A stretch of DNA of 64,000 nucleotides from the human T2T-CHM13v2.0 reference genome, Homo sapiens. A program made the position numbers and the translations under genes. Below the pieces are notes generated by a model, which was given only the letters and a program-made list of their open reading frames with translations, was not told the origin of the DNA and did no database searches. The stretch lies in assembly GCF_009914755.1 (NCBI RefSeq), contig NC_060930.1; one strand, 5' to 3'. Below are positions 42,760 to 57,725 of this stretch, piece by piece. The first letter of the stretch is position 1. Each line of letters opens with the position of its first letter.

Positions 42760-43636
42760 CAGGTATACAATGAAAAAATATATGCATATAGAAAATTTGT
42801 GTGTCATGGGGGTTTGGAGTACAGATTATTTTAATACCTCATCCAGGTAGTAAACATAGTACCTGTATTAGTCTTACTTCACACTGCTATAAAGAACTGC
42901 CTGAGACAGGGTAATTTATAATGGAAAGAAGTTTAATTGACTCACAGATCCACATGGCTGGGGAGGCCTCAGGGAACTTACAATCATGGCGGAAAGGGAA
43001 GCAAACATGTGCTTCTTCACAAGGCACCAGGAGAGAGGAGTGACGTAGCGAAGAGGGAAGAACCCCTTATAAAACCGTCAGATCGCATGAGTATTCATTC
43101 ACTATCATGAGAACAACATGGGGTAAACTGCTTCCCATGATCCAATCACCTCCCACTATGTCCCATCCTCAACATGGGATTATGGAGATTACAATTTGAG
43201 ATGAGATTTGGATGGGGACACAGAGCCAAACCATATCAGTACCCTATAGGCAGTGTTTCCATCATCTTCCTCCTCCTATACTTCACCCTTAAGTAGGAGG
43301 CCCCAGTGTCTGTTTATTCCTTCTTTGTGTCCATGTGTACTCAGTGTTTGGCTCCCACTTATAAATGAGAACATGTGGTGTTTGGTTTTGAGTTCCTGAG
43401 TTAGTTCGCTTAGGATTATGACCTCCAGCTACATCCATGTTGCTGAAAAAAACATGATCCCATTCTTTTCAATGGCTGCATAGTATTCCATGGGTTATAT
43501 GTGTCACATTTTCTTTATCCAGTCTACCACTGATGGACATTTAGGTTGATTCTATGACCTTGCTACTGTGAATAGGACTGCAATGAACATTATGTGTGCA
43601 TGTGGCTTTATGGTGGAATGATTTATATTCTTTTGA
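42760..43636 (-). mobile_element. L1PA15/16-like 3' end, interrupted by a THE1D LTR
   Basis: Antisense L1 3'UTR 'gtcatgggggtttgg...gctcccacttataaatgagaacatg...ggctgcatagtattccatgg'. Confidence 0.85.
42864..43238 (-). mobile_element. THE1D-like solo LTR
   Basis: tgtattag...ccatatca ends. Perfect TSD gtacc at 42859-42863 and 43239-43243. Confidence 0.92.
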
Positions 43637-43797
43637 CAATTTTCTGATGAACGTATTGATTCTTAAGTTTATCTGAAATAATACTAATAACAATTTAATA
43701 ATATTTATTATAGCCTACATTACTCTGTTCTGAACACACTTTCCATTAGTTTACAGGTATTGATCCATCAATATGAGTGTTTATAGTTTTATCTTAC

Positions 43798-46085
43798 TGA
43801 TATGGTTTAGCTCTGTGTCCTCAGACAAATCTCTTAAATTATAATCTCATAATTTCCACATGTTGTCAGAGGGATCTGGTAGGAGATAATTGAATCATGG
43901 GGCAGTTTTCCTCATACTGTTCTCATGGTAATGAATAAATTTCATGAGATCTGCTGGTTTTATAAGGGGTTTTTGCTTTCATGTCTCTCTTATTCTCTCT
44001 TGCTGCCACAATGTAAGAAGTGCCTTTCACCTTCTGCTATGATCGCGAGGCCTCCTTAGCCATATGGAACTTTGAGTCCATTAAACCTATTTTTCTTTCC
44101 AGTCTCAGGTATGTCTTTATCAGCAGCATGAAAATGGACTAATACAGTAAATTGGTACCAGTAGAGTGGGGCGCTGCTGAAAAGATATCCGAAAATGAGG
44201 GAGTAACTTTAGAACTGGGTAGCAGGCAGAGGTTGGAACAGTTTGGAGGGCTCAGAAGGTGACAGAAAAATGTGGAAAAGTTTGAAACTACTTAGAGACT
44301 TCTTGAATGGCATTGAGCAAAATGCCGATAATGATATGGACAGTGAAATCCAGGTTGAGGTGGTCTCAGATGGAGATGAGAAACCTGTTGAGAACTGTAG
44401 CAAAGGTGACTCTTGTTATGTTTTAGCAAAGAGACTAGCGACATTTTGCCCCTGCCCTAAAGATTTGTGGAACTTTGAGCTTGAGAGAGATGATTTAGGG
44501 TATTCTGGTGGAAGAAATTTCTAAGCAGAAAAGCATTCAAGAGTTGATTTGGGTGCTGTTAAAGGTATTCAGTTTTAAAGGGGAAATAGAGCATAAAAGT
44601 TCAGAAAGTTTTCTGCCTGACAATGCAATAGAAAAGAAAAATCCATTTTCTTATGAGAAATTCAAGTCAGCTGCTGAAATTTGCATAAGTAACAATGAGT
44701 CGAATGTTAATCCCCAAGACAATGGGGAAAATTACCCCAGGGCATGTCATAGACCACTGCAGCAGCCCCTCCCATCAGAGGCCTGGAGGCCTAGGGGGAA
44801 AAAATTGGTTTTGTGGGCTGGGCCCAGAGTCTCTGTGCCGTGTGCAGTCTAGGGACTTGGTGCTCTGTGTTCCAGCTGCTTCAGCCATGACTAAAAGGGG
44901 CCAAGGTTTAGTTCAGGCTGTGACTTTAGAAGATGAAAGCCCCAAGCCTTGGCAACATTTACATGGTGTTAAGCTTGCAGGTGTATGGAAGTCAAGAATT
45001 GAGGTTTGGGAACCCCTGCTTAGATTTCACAGGATGTACGGAAACACCTGTATGCCCAGGCAGAAGTTTGCTGCAGGAGCGAGGCCCTCATGGGGGACCT
45101 CTGCTAGGGCAGTGAAGAAGGGTAATGTGGGGTCAGATCCCTCACACAGAGTCCCTACTGAGACACCACCTAGTAAAGCTATGAGAAGAGGGCCACCACC
45201 ATTCTCCGAACCCCAGAATTGTAGATTCACTGATAGCTTGGATTGTGTGCCTGGAAAAGCTGCAGACATTTAATGCCAGCCAGTGAAAGCAGCTGCCTAA
45301 GGGAGTGGGAGCCCACCTTTTGCATCTCAAGGCAGTGGAGCTGCCAAAGGCAGTGGGAGCATACCTTTTGAATCAGCATGACATAGATGTGAGACAGAGT
45401 CAAAGATCATTTTTGAGCTTTAAGATTTGACTCCCCTGCTGGATTTTGGACTTGCGTGGGACCTGTAGAACCTTTGTTTGGTTAATTTCTCCCATTTGGA
45501 ATGGCTGTATTTACCCAATATTTGTACTCCCATTATATCTAGGAAATAACTAACTTGGTTTTGAATTTACGAGCTCCTAGGTAGAAGGGAGTTGCCTTGT
45601 CTCAGGTGAGACTTTGGACTGTGGACTTTTCAGTTAATTCTGAAATGAGTTAAGACTTTGGGGGACTTTTGGGAAGGCATAATTGGTTTTGAAATGTGAG
45701 AACATGAGATTTGGCAGGAACCGGGATGGAATAATATGGTTTGGCTCTGTGTCCCCACCCAAATCTCATCTTGAATTGTATTCCCATAATTCCCATGTGT
45801 TATGGGAGGGACTTGGTGGGAGATAATTGAATCATGGGGGCAGTTTTCCCCATACTGTTCCCCTGGTAATGAATAAGTCTCACAAGATCTGATGGTGGTA
45901 TAAGGGGTTTCCACTTTTACTTCTCTCTCATTCTCTTTTGCTACCACCATGTAAGAAGTGTCTTTCACCTTCATCCATAATTGTGAGTCCTCCTCAGCCA
46001 TGTGGAACTCTTGAGTCCATGAAACCAATTTTTCTTCCCAGACTCGAATATGTCTTTATCAGCAGTGTCAAAATGGACTAATACA
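43798..46085 (+). mobile_element. THE1A/B-like MaLR, LTR-int-LTR (LTRs 43798-44146 and 45732-46085)
   Basis: Two LTRs and an essentially complete THE1-int with ORF remnants 44243-45273. TSD cttac/tttac. Confidence 0.93.
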
Positions 46086-46359
46086 TTTACTTAATCCTCA
46101 AATAAGACATCTGAGGCACAGAAGTAAATTGCCCTACCCCAGATCACCAGGCTACTAACTAGTAGAGCATGTTTGCTAAGTCAGGATATCTGGTTCCAGG
46201 GACCACATATTGGCCATATATATTCCATCTATCCTAAGTTCACTTTGAAACACTACAGATTCTTTAGAGGCAAACAAGAACACACACTTTTTTACTTTCC
46301 CTGTCAAAATTCACATATCAGTACATTATAGCAGGTAATCTCATAGACCTGTAGTTGCT

Positions 46360-46580
46360 GAGGTCCAGGTTAGAAATCTGGCTTTGCCATGTACAAGCTG
46401 TATGACATTAAATAAGTTTACATGTTCACTAGTTCTTTCTGTTCCTCAGTTTCTTAATATAGACAATAATGTACACCCTCCCTAGTTGCTGTAAAGATAA
46501 TTGATCCATTACATGTAAAGTGCTGAGGACAGTACAGGGTAGGACATATTATAAGTATTTAACAAATAATCTTAATAAAG
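46360..46580 (+). mobile_element. MIR (flanked by further antisense MIR pieces at ~46090-46230 and ~46650-46850)
   Basis: 'agctgtatgac...cctcagtttctt...tacatgtaaagtgct'. Antisense pieces 'ctgaggcacagaag' and 'aaatctaaggcacagagagattaaataa'. Confidence 0.65.
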
Positions 46581-47334
46581 AAATAGGAAATGAAGCAACA
46601 GCAGAATACATGGGAAAAAGAATAACACTGAGGTAGCAAGATAGAATTAGCATACAGCTATGCTCTTATTATGTACTAAGGATTATTTTAAGCATTTGAT
46701 ATTTCTGAACTCATTTACTATTCAAAACACTTTAAGACTTTGGTGGTATTACTATGCCCATTTGTAGATCAGAAATCTAAGGCACAGAGAGATTAAATAA
46801 AATTCCCTACGTTCACACAATTCTAAAGTCTAGACACATATATATTGCACTAAATTGCTTTTTATTAAATATGCATATGTTCCTGTGTAAATCAGTAATT
46901 CTCAGGTAGATGAGGCATATCCTCCTATGGTTCAAGTCAGAATGAACCATGCAGGCTATTTTCAAATCATACCCACTCCTCCTTGCTCATTGCTCTATGA
47001 GCTCTTGTGAATGATAGGTACATTTTATCAGGGGAGTTAAATAGTTGACACATACAACATTTGATTGTGTTGAATTTTTAGACATAATTGAAATTCATAC
47101 AAGTTTAAAATGTACTTTTCTAGGAAAAAGTACATACTTTTCAAACTTTTCTGTCTGGAACAGAGAAGTACATTTCAAAATGCTTCAGAAATCATATTTC
47201 TGTTAATTTGGTCTTCAGATTTAGGCTTATTTCTTGGATTAAAATATCTCTAGATCTTGTAATTGCTCTAAACAATTTTCTGCTTACCATTGAAAAGCTT
47301 TAATACAAAATTCCACCATGAAACCTGCAAATGG

Positions 47335-47524
47335 TATTATGTATATACATGCCATATGTATATATACACACACACATATTGATCTACACATACACATACC
47401 AAATACAAATACTATATACATTGTGAATATATTGATACATTATAGAGTTACAGATATAGTGTGTGTATATATATACCGTGTGTATATGTATAAATATTAT
47501 ATACATATATGTGTATATATATTT
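47335..47524. repeat. TA/CA-rich low-complexity tract
   Basis: Directly visible. Confidence 0.8.
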
Positions 47525-48033
47525 TAATTTTAGATTTTAGAAAATTTGAGAAGATAGTACAATGTTTCCACATACACAACTCCTAGTTTCTACTCTTATT
47601 ATGTCACATTAGCATAATACATTTGCTACAATTAATGAACTGATATTGATATAGTACCACTAACTGAAATATGTACTTTGTTAAAATTTACTTAGATTTC
47701 AGATTGACTTAGTTTTTAGCTAATGTCCATTTTATGTTTCAGGATCCTATATAGGATACCATGTTTCATTTAGTTGTTATGTTCCTTAGGGTTTTCTTGT
47801 CAGTGACAGTCTCTCAGACTGTTTTTGATCATCTTCAGAGTTTTGAAGAGAATTGGTTAGGTATTTCAGAGAATGTACCTCTATTGTTTTTCTTTTTCTT
47901 TTTAAGTTTTTCTTAGACTGATATTAAGATTTTTAGAAGGGAGACGACAGGGGTAAGAGCCCATTCTTACCATATCATATTAAAAGCACATGCCAAGAAC
48001 ATGACTTATTATCATTGATGTTAACCCCGATCA

Positions 48034-48429
<396 letters not shown>

Positions 48430-48657
48430 TTATACTGTTTGGAAAGAGGTAATGTGCACAACTCACACTTGAAGAGTGGAAAGTTGTGCTCTGCTTCCTT
48501 AAGGGGAGATGCATGCATAAATTATTTGGGATTTTTCCACATGGAAGATTTGTCTCCTCTCTCTTTTAAAATGTATTTATTTGTTCATTTTTTAAAGTAA
48601 CAAAATAAACTAACGGACATTTTATTTTGTTGTCCAGATTGTTCGAGCTTTGTCCAT

Positions 48658-50898
48658 TGATATGGTTTGGCTGTGTCCTGCACCAAATCTCCTCTTAAAT
48701 TGTAGTTCTCATAACCCCTGCATGTTGTGGGAGGGATCCAGTAGGAGGTAATTGAATCATTGGGTCAGTTACCCTCATGCAGCTCTCATTCTAGTGAGTG
48801 AGTTCTCACAAGATCGGATGGTTTTACAAGGGGCTTTCCCCCTTTAGCTCAGCAGTTCTCTCTCCTTCTGCCATGTGAGAAGGATGTGATTGCTTCCCCT
48901 TTGCACCATGATTGTAGGTTTCCTGAGGCCTTGCAAGCCATGCTTAACTGCGAGTCAATTAAATCTCTTTCCCTTTATAAATTACCTAGTTCTCGTATTT
49001 CTTCATAGCAGTGTGAGAACAGACTAACACAGTAAAATGGTACCATAGAGAATGAAGCACTGCGAAAAGGATACACAAAAATGTGGAAGTGACTTTGGAA
49101 CTTGGTAACAGGTAGAGGTTGGAACAGTTTAGAGGACTCAGAAGAAGGCAGAAAAATGTGAGAAATTTTGGAACTTCCTAGAGACTTGGAGGGCTCAGAA
49201 GACAGGAAGATGTGAAAAAGTTTGGAACTTCCTAGGACCTGTTGAATAACTTTGACCAAAATGCTGATAGTGATAAGGACATTGAAGTCCAGGCTGAGGT
49301 GGTCTTAGATGGAGATGAGGAACTTGGGAACTGGAGCAAAGGCGATGATTGCTGTGTTTTAGCAAAGAGACTGGTGGCTTTTTGCCCCTGACCTAGAGGA
49401 AGTAGAGTATAAAAGTTTGGAAAATTTGCAGCCTTGGTGATGTGCTAGAAAAGAAAAACCAATTTTCTGGGGAGATATTCAAGCCGGCTGCAGAAATTTG
49501 CACAAGTAACAAGGAGCCGAATGTTAATCACCAAGACAATGGGGAATATGTCTCCAGGGCATGTCAGGATCTTCATGACAGCCCCTCCCCTCATAGGCCT
49601 GGAGAACTAGGAGAGAAAAATGGTTTTGTGGGCCCAGTTCAGGGATCTCCTGTGGTGTGCAGCCTCAGGACTGTATCCCTGCCTCTCCAGCAAGGGCTAA
49701 AAGGGCCCAAAGTATAGCTCAGGTCATTTCTTCAGAGAGTGCAAGCCCCCAGCTATGGCAGCTTCCAAGTGGTGTTAGTCCTGTGGGTGCACAGAAGACA
49801 ATAATTAAAGTTTGGGAACCTGTGTCTAGATTTTAGAGGCTGTATAGGAACGCTTAGATGTCCAGGCAGAAATCTGTTGCAGTGGTGGAACCCACAGAGA
49901 GAACCTGTGATATGGCAGTGTGGAAAGGAAATGTGGGGTTGGAGCCCCCACACAGAGTTCCTACTGGGGGACTGCCTAATGGAGCTTTGAGAAGAGGGCC
50001 ATTTTCTTCCAGACTCCAGAAGGTAGATCCACCAACAGCTTGCATAGTGTACCTGGAAAAGCCACAGACACTGAATGCCAGCTGGTGCAGGGAGCTGTAC
50101 CTTGCAAAGCCACAGAGGTGAAACTGCCCAAGGCCGTGGGAGCTCACCTCTTGCATCAGTGTTACCTGGATGTGAGACATAGATTCAAAGGAGATCATTT
50201 TGAAATTTAAGGTTTAATGACTGTCCTGTTAAATTTCAGACTTACATGGGACCTGTAGCCCCTTTGTTTTTGCCAATTTTTCTCATTTGGAATATGCATA
50301 TTTACCCAATGCCTGTAACCCCATTATATTTAGGAAGTAACTAACTTTCTTTTGTTTTTACAGGCTCATAGGCAGAATGGACATGCCTTGTCTCTGATGA
50401 GACTTAGGGATTGGACTTTTGAGTTAATGCGGGAATGAGCTAAGAATTTGGGAGACTGTTGAGGAGACACAATTGTGTTTTGAAATGTGAGGACATAAGA
50501 TTTGGGAGGAGCTGGGGCAGAGTGATATGGTTTGGCTGTGTCCCCAACCAAATTTCATTTTGAATTATAGTTTTTATAATTCCCACGTGTCTTGGGAGGA
50601 ACCCGGTGTGAGGTCATTGAATCATGGGGGTGCTTACCTCCATGCTGTTCTTGTTACAGTGAGTGTATTCTCATGAGATCTGATGATTTTATAAGGGGCT
50701 TTTCCCCCCTTCACTCTGCACTTTTCTGTCCTGCTGCCATGTGGAGAAGTATGTGTTTGCTTTCCCTTTCTGCCATGATTGTAAGTTTTCTGAGGCCTCC
50801 CCAGCCATGTAAAACTGTGACTCAATTAAACCTCTTTCCTTTATAAATTACCCAGTCTCAGATATTTCTCCACAGCAGCATGAGAACAGACTAAGATA
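48658..50898 (+). mobile_element. THE1D-like MaLR, LTR-int-LTR (LTRs 48658-49031 and 50523-50898)
   Basis: Two LTRs. The internal region has a duplicated 'gagggctcagaagacaggaagatgtg...ggaacttcctag'. TSD tccat/gccat. Confidence 0.92.
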
Positions 50899-53709
50899 GC
50901 CATGTAGAGGTTTTATTCATTTGGCTTTCACCTGTGTACTTTTGATATACTCCCATTATTGTGTGTGTATTTGTGTGTAAGTGTGTGTGTCTGTACTACT
51001 GTTTTGCTTTCTGACACTGCAATATACTCTAATCATTTTTTATGTGTTTCCTGCCTTAATCTTACAATCAGCTATTCCTCCAAGGATCCACAGTTTATTT
51101 TGTTGAAAAATATATTGAAAACAGTCCTGGGTGTTAGGTGTGGTCATGATTAGTGGGGTGTTGTTGCTTCCAAGTGTTTTAGCTGACAGAGTATGGAAAT
51201 AGATGTATACATACTAATTCAGGTATCTATATATATAACTATAAATATTGCTATATGTAACTGTGTATATAGTTATATATATTTGTATTTCTATAGGAAA
51301 CAATATATATAGTTACAACTATAGATAAAATATACCCTACATTTTTATACATTTTTTAGCAGGTTGAGCAAGTTCCCATGTATTTCTAGTTTGCTCTAAG
51401 TATAAAACAAATAATTGTTGAATTTTATCAAAGGTTTTTCACATCTGAGCCAGCCTTGCATGCCTGAATTAAAGCCCACTTGATTCTGACATATAATTTT
51501 TCATACATGGTTACATATGATTTGCTAATAGTTTGTTTAAAATTACTAATATGTGCATTTAGTGAGCTACATTTCCATTTAGGCACTGATTAACATCTTA
51601 TGTATTTGATGAGTTATATTTTGTTTTCATATAGTTCAAACTATTCTAAAAATTTATCTTGAGACTTCTTTGACCCATGGGTTATTTAGAAATGAATTGC
51701 TTAATTTTCAAATATTTAAGGGTACTGTAGCCATATTTCTGTTATTGATTTTTAATTTTTCTGTGGTTTGAGAGCATGCTTTCCATGATGTCTACTTTTT
51801 AAATTAGTTAAGGCCCAGACTGTGGTCTATCTTAATGGATGTTTTATGAGAGCTTGATGAGAATGTAAATTTTGCTGTTGTCGGGTGGAGTATTTTAAAA
51901 ATTCCAGTTAATTTAGTGCTGTTCAACTTATCTATATCTTTATTGATTTTATACATGCTTGATCTGTCAATTCCTGACAGAGGGAAATTAAAGTCTAGAT
52001 TAATAATAATTGATCAGTCTATTTGTATTTTAAACTCTATTGTTTTTTGTCTCATATGTTTTGACACACTGTTGTTAGGCACATGCATGATTTAAATTTG
52101 TATGTTTCTTCAAATTTAAATTTATTTATATTTAGATAATTTATTATATTTAAATTATAATTGCATAATGGCTCTTTATTATTGCATAATGGCTTTCTTT
52201 ATTACTGATAATCTGTCTTTCTCTGAAGCCTGCTTAGTCCAGATTTCTTTGGATTAATGTTAGTATGGTTTATCATTCTCTCTTCCTATTAACCTATCTG
52301 AATCTTTAAGTTTTTTTCTTTTTTTTTAGACAATCTGTAATGGAATCTTTAAAAAAAATTCACAGTGAGAGTTTCCTACTTTTAAGTGGCATTTTAAAAT
52401 TAATATATTTAGACCTTTCATATTTAAAGTTATTGATGTAGTTGTATCAATATCTACTATATTTGTAACTGTTTTCTACACATCACATTTGCTCTTTGTT
52501 TCTTTTTCTTTCCCTCTTTTGCCATCTCTGACTTTAATTACACATTTCATATACCATTTACCCTCACAACTACTGTACCAATTATACTTCTTCTTTGGTA
52601 TTTTTTTAGTGGCTGTTTTACATTTGAATGTAAATTTTTACTTATCTAAGTCCATCTCCAAATAATACTCTTCTGCTTCACATATTGTTTAAGTATCTTA
52701 TAGCAGAATATTTCTAATTTCTGTCTCCTGTTTCTTGTGACATTGCTCTCATTCATTTCATTTCTATATGCTAGAATTAGCTACTACCTTGTTATTAACA
52801 TTATTTTAAATAAGCAGTTGTCTTCTAGTCAATAAAAAATGTTTAAAAGTTGCATATATATGTATATATATTTACGGGCATGTATATTTACCTTTATTTA
52901 TTTTCCAATGATCTTTATTTTTTACACAGATTAAAAATTAGGAGTTTCTCCTCTATGTTATTTTCTGTCTGTCTAAGGAAATTATTCTAACATTTGTTGT
53001 TGGTCAGGTCTGTTTTGCTGGTAATAAATTCTGTCAATTTTTGTCTCAGAAGCCTTTTATTTTTGCTTTAATCTTTAAGGTTAATTTTGCTGGATACAGG
53101 ATTCCAGATTGCTATATTTTTTCTTTCTTCTATGCATAAATAAACAAAATATTGCATATTACAGCCATCTAGAATTTCTCCTATCAAACATTTCGTTATG
53201 TGTTTGGAGATGTATGTACATACACTCAAATGTTATTTTAGCATATGCATCTTAGTTCTTTCTTGTGTGGGTCCCCAAGGAACTCTTCCATTTGACTATG
53301 CTAGTTATTTTCTAAGAATAAAATAAGAAATATAGAAACACATATAGGTACAAAAAATAGCATAACCCTGAAAAACAATTTTAAGCTTAATTATTAAATA
53401 AATGAAATTCATAAAAGATGTTAGAGACATTATGAAATATTTCTCTGTATGTCTGGAGTAAGAAGTAGCACAAAGAATAAATAGGAAGTGCTTAGATTAT
53501 ATACTTTTAACAGATGACAGAAAAATATAATGGCATAAATACTCAATTTATCTTTCATCTGTCTTTTCTAGGAAGAAGAATTCTTCAGTCTCTCAATGAC
53601 CATTAAACTTATTTTTTTACATCTTTAGAAACTACCCTTGTGCAGTAAACTTTAGTCTTTAATGAATGCTTGTTAGACCATACATTCCTGAGAATATGAG
53701 GATAGAAGC

Positions 53710-55500
53710 TGTTTGTCAGAGTTCTTTAGATAAACAGAGCCAATAGGATAGGTGATAGATAAATAGATAGATTATAAGTTTAAAGATGTTTATTATAAGG
53801 AAATCACTCTGATAATTATGGAACCTTAGCAGTTTCAAGATCTGTAGTTGCAGAAGGTATATTCTGCCCAAGTCTAAGGGCAGAAGATCAACGACACAGC
53901 TTGAAGACAGGCAGAAAAAGTGAATTCTCCTTATTCAGCCTTTCGGTTGTATTGAAATCTTAAACTTATTGAATGAGGCCTACCCACACTGGGGAGTTGG
54001 AGACTGCCTTTCTGTTTTTCAAGGGATTCTGAGTACTAAGTCTTCAGACTCGAGGCTAGAAATTGATTGAGGGGCCATGACTTTGTTTTATTGATTCAAG
54101 TTAGACTTTTTTTCATTTGACCTAGAAGTTTTTGCTTATACAAATGAAGTAATATGTGATAGGCTTTCTATCTGTATCCATATGGCAATGCTGTACATCT
54201 GTTTGAGTCAGACTATTCTGATTGCTGCTTTGACTCTGCTGTCCCATTATAGTAACCACACACACCTTGCCTTTGGTTACTGAAAGCTGTCCCTTCACCT
54301 GACTCCTACCACGCTAGAATCCAATTACTCTCACTGCATTTAGGTTTATCAATTCAGTGACTTATTTACTACTGTAAATTCCAATTTACAGAGAGTAGTG
54401 ATTTTTTTCTAAATAGCTCACAGCTTCTTCAAGGTCTTCCCATAATGAGATTTACAGGTTCCCATTGTTTCCCAATTAATGTCCTCATTTAACAGTAGAC
54501 ACCCTGCCAGGCTGGGAGTTAAACTTACTTTGTTATTCAGCCAGTGATAAGATGAGATTCAGCATTTGATTTTCAGCCATTTTAGCCCTCTGGCTATACG
54601 GATCTCCTTCAGGGCATACAGATAAACTTTTGGGTTATTTATGGAATGTTTGAGCTGGGAATTCAAATCCCTGAACTTGTTCTTTTATTTTACCATTTTG
54701 TCCAATGACAATATGATCAATTGACAAACTATATTCATTCATTTTCCAAAAATATTCAAAAGTATCAGGTATCCAGACATCCAGCTCCATGCTTATAAGG
54801 GTGGATTAAGAATGTTCCATGGAAATATTTTGCATATCTCTATTCCTCTATTGCCAAATTATGCTGTGGACTATCACTGCTTTTTTTTTTCACTGTTTGA
54901 AATAGGGTAATTGGTATCTTTAAATCTAGTCACATTAAAGAACCAATTCCAGAAACCACAGAACCAATTAAGAAAATGTATTTTAACATTATATTCCTCT
55001 AGAACCACTCTCAGTACCAAAACATATATAAAGATATTTTTATAAGGAGTTGCTGTTTGAAATTATTGGGGCTGAGAGGTCCTAAGACCTGTAGTCAGTA
55101 AGCTGGAGACCTAGGACAGCTGATGGCATAGTTCCAACTGAGTCTGAAGACCCTGAGTAAAAAGAGAAGTGATTATATATGTTCCACTACAAGTCCAAAG
55201 GCTTGAGAACCAGAGGAGCTGATGGGGTAAATAGAAAGCTGAGTCTGAGACTGAAGGCAGTAGAAGATTGATGTCCTGACTAAGAGATAGGCAGAGAGAG
55301 CAAATTCTTTCTTACTCAGCATTTTAATTTTATTCATAATTTGAACAGATTGGATTGGGCCAACTCATATTTGGGAGGGCAATCTGCTTTATTTAGTCTA
55401 TCAATTTGAATGTTAATTTCATCTACAAACATCTTCACAGATATGCACATAATCATGTTAATCAAATATGTGGTTACCCTGTGGCCCAATCAAGTTGATC
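53710..55500 (-). mobile_element. Collapsed ERVL provirus: MLT2 LTR part (53710-53995), ERVL internal/gag remnant (~54000-55020), MLT2 LTR (55022-55500)
   Basis: Two MLT2-like LTRs ('gaggcctacccacactgggga', 'gggagggcaatctgcttta...caagttga'). The antisense ERVL internal start 'ctagaaccactctcagtaccaaa' abuts the LTR. Confidence 0.72.
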
Positions 55501-56812
55501 ACTCAGAGCAACAAAAGAATTGTTATCCAGGAGGATTATACTGTATATCAATTTATGTCTTCCGTCTCAAAAGAATGCTATTAATAATAAAATACAGTGC
55601 AAATATTAGGCTATGTCAGAAATAGATTGTCAAGAAGGAAAGATGAATTAAAACACTTTTATAAAAGTTTTGTGAATAACTTTTTATTACAAGATTATGC
55701 AAACTTTCTTCTATTACTCAAAAATGGAAAAAAAATTACTGAACTTGATGTTAATATCTGGCAAAATTATATGTGTGATAATCATTTAAAAATTAGAAAC
55801 ATTCTGATAAGATGACCATTAAATTAAAACCAGCACAAGATTTATTAAACAAATTTATCATATTATATGACAATGTTACCAAGTATTTTATAAGGTTACT
55901 TTTACACTGTATGTCTTAAATTTTTTAAAAAGGATGTCTACAAAGACATTATTATTATTATTATATTTTTTAAATATTGGTAGAATTTCAATATTATTTG
56001 ATAGTTTCATTTTATTGTATTAAAACTCTGAAAAATTATATTATTAGTAATTCAAATTGGATTTTCAGGGCAGCCTATGGTCAAAAGCCATAAGGATTTT
56101 ATCTTGAGAACAAAATTAGATCATGATTTTACATGTACAGACATATGTGTGGGTATAAATTTGTAATTTTTAGTCAGTATTGCAGCAAGACATACAAAAT
56201 AAATTTTAATATAAAATACCGGTGAAAAACATTTTAAAGAAGAAAATTTGCCTTTTAAATTAAAAAAGAAAATGTAATATGTTTAAGCTTGGAAAGGCTT
56301 GACTTGGAAACAGTTATTTAAATAAGATGGGGAATGAGAGGAGTTTGTCGTAATTATTAGGGAAAACATGATACACCTGCAGCCACACTAGAGAAAAAGA
56401 AAAGAAGTACTTAAGTTTTGCATATTCATGATATGCCAAGCACCAGTGCAGGTATTATGAAATCAGTACGCACTCCATACAGTGTTGTTGTACTTGCTGT
56501 TTTCCAAATGAAGCCAACTGACTTGCTGATCTTTTATGTATTATTTTTGCTGAAAAATGATTCAAATCAAGTCTAACGGAAGTCATGCCTATACACTTAC
56601 TCTCATAACACATAACTGTGGTTATATGCCCCCTCAACATCAATCATCAACTCTTGTTCAGATTCCTGAATATAGTTATGCCTAAATCAGACACCAGCAA
56701 AAGGAGACACGTCCAGAAGAAGTAGCTGCACTGGAAAAAAAAAAGTCTGTAAAGTCCTAACAGAAATGACTGTGGAAATGGAGATGTAACCTGCAGGAAA
56801 GAAAATTGAGAC

Positions 56813-57218
56813 TGTTATTAGATAAACTATGTTCCCCCAAATTTCACAGGGTGAAGTTCAAATCCAAGTACTTCAAGATATAATAATATTTGTATATGGA
56901 TTCACTAAAAAGGTGATTAATTTAAAATGAGACCCCTTGGTGGGGATATAATCCAATATGAGATGAGAGGTGTCCTTAGAAGAGGAAGAGATGCCAGGGG
57001 TTCTCATGCACTGAGGAACAACCATATGAGTACAAAGCAGCAAGAAGGTGACTACATGCAAGCCAAGAGAGGAGGCTTCAGAGGAAACAAACCCTTCTAA
57101 TACTTTGATGTCGGACTTCCAGTCTCCAGAACTGAAAGAAAATAAATTTCCGGTATTTAAGCCATCCAGTATGTGATATTTTGTAAAGGCAGCCCTAGCA
57201 AACTAGCAAACTAATATA
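56813..57218 (+). mobile_element. MLT1B-like solo LTR
   Basis: 'tgttatta...gttcccccaaatt...aagccaagaga...ggacttccagtctccagaactg...gcagccctagcaaacta'. Confidence 0.85.
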
Positions 57219-57479
57219 GGGAAATAATATAGGGAGATAAAGACACTGAGTATTTGAAGTAGTATCATCTTAAGAGGTACACATACTTGTGAATTATCCC
57301 ATAAGAAAAAATGAGAATTAAAAGCATCCAGAGATAAATTTGATTAAATCTACAAACTACTTTTTCAATTAAATTATTTTTTTTTAAATGAATAGCAGTT
57401 TTTTTATGATGCTTAAAAGGGAAAAATAATTGCTGGGGAGTAGTAAGGAAGAAAAGAAGTAAGAACAGTTTTAATTTCC

Positions 57480-57725
57480 CTTTTGCCTATATAATTCTCA
57501 TCTTTAGAGGTCAACTTAGATAATACTCCAGGAAATCATCTGCTAATTAGACATCCTGTAGCACTCATTACATTGTCTTGAATGTGCTTGATTTATTTCA
57601 TATCTTGCATCCTAAAATACAAGGCACTATAAACCAGGTAGGTTTTTATCTTCATATTTAATTTTTAGTCACTTTCTGAAACAGGGCAGTCAGTATACAT
57701 TTGCAGAAAGAATAAATAAGAAATA
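57480..57725 (+). mobile_element. L2 3'-end fragment
   Basis: Ends 'cagtcagtatacatttgcagaaagaataaata', which resembles an L2 tail. Confidence 0.45.

Noticed and set aside
44243-45273. 93-192 aa ORFs as a novel gene
   Set aside because: They are fragments of the THE1 internal ORF. Homologous pieces occur at 17119-18265 and 49442-50121.
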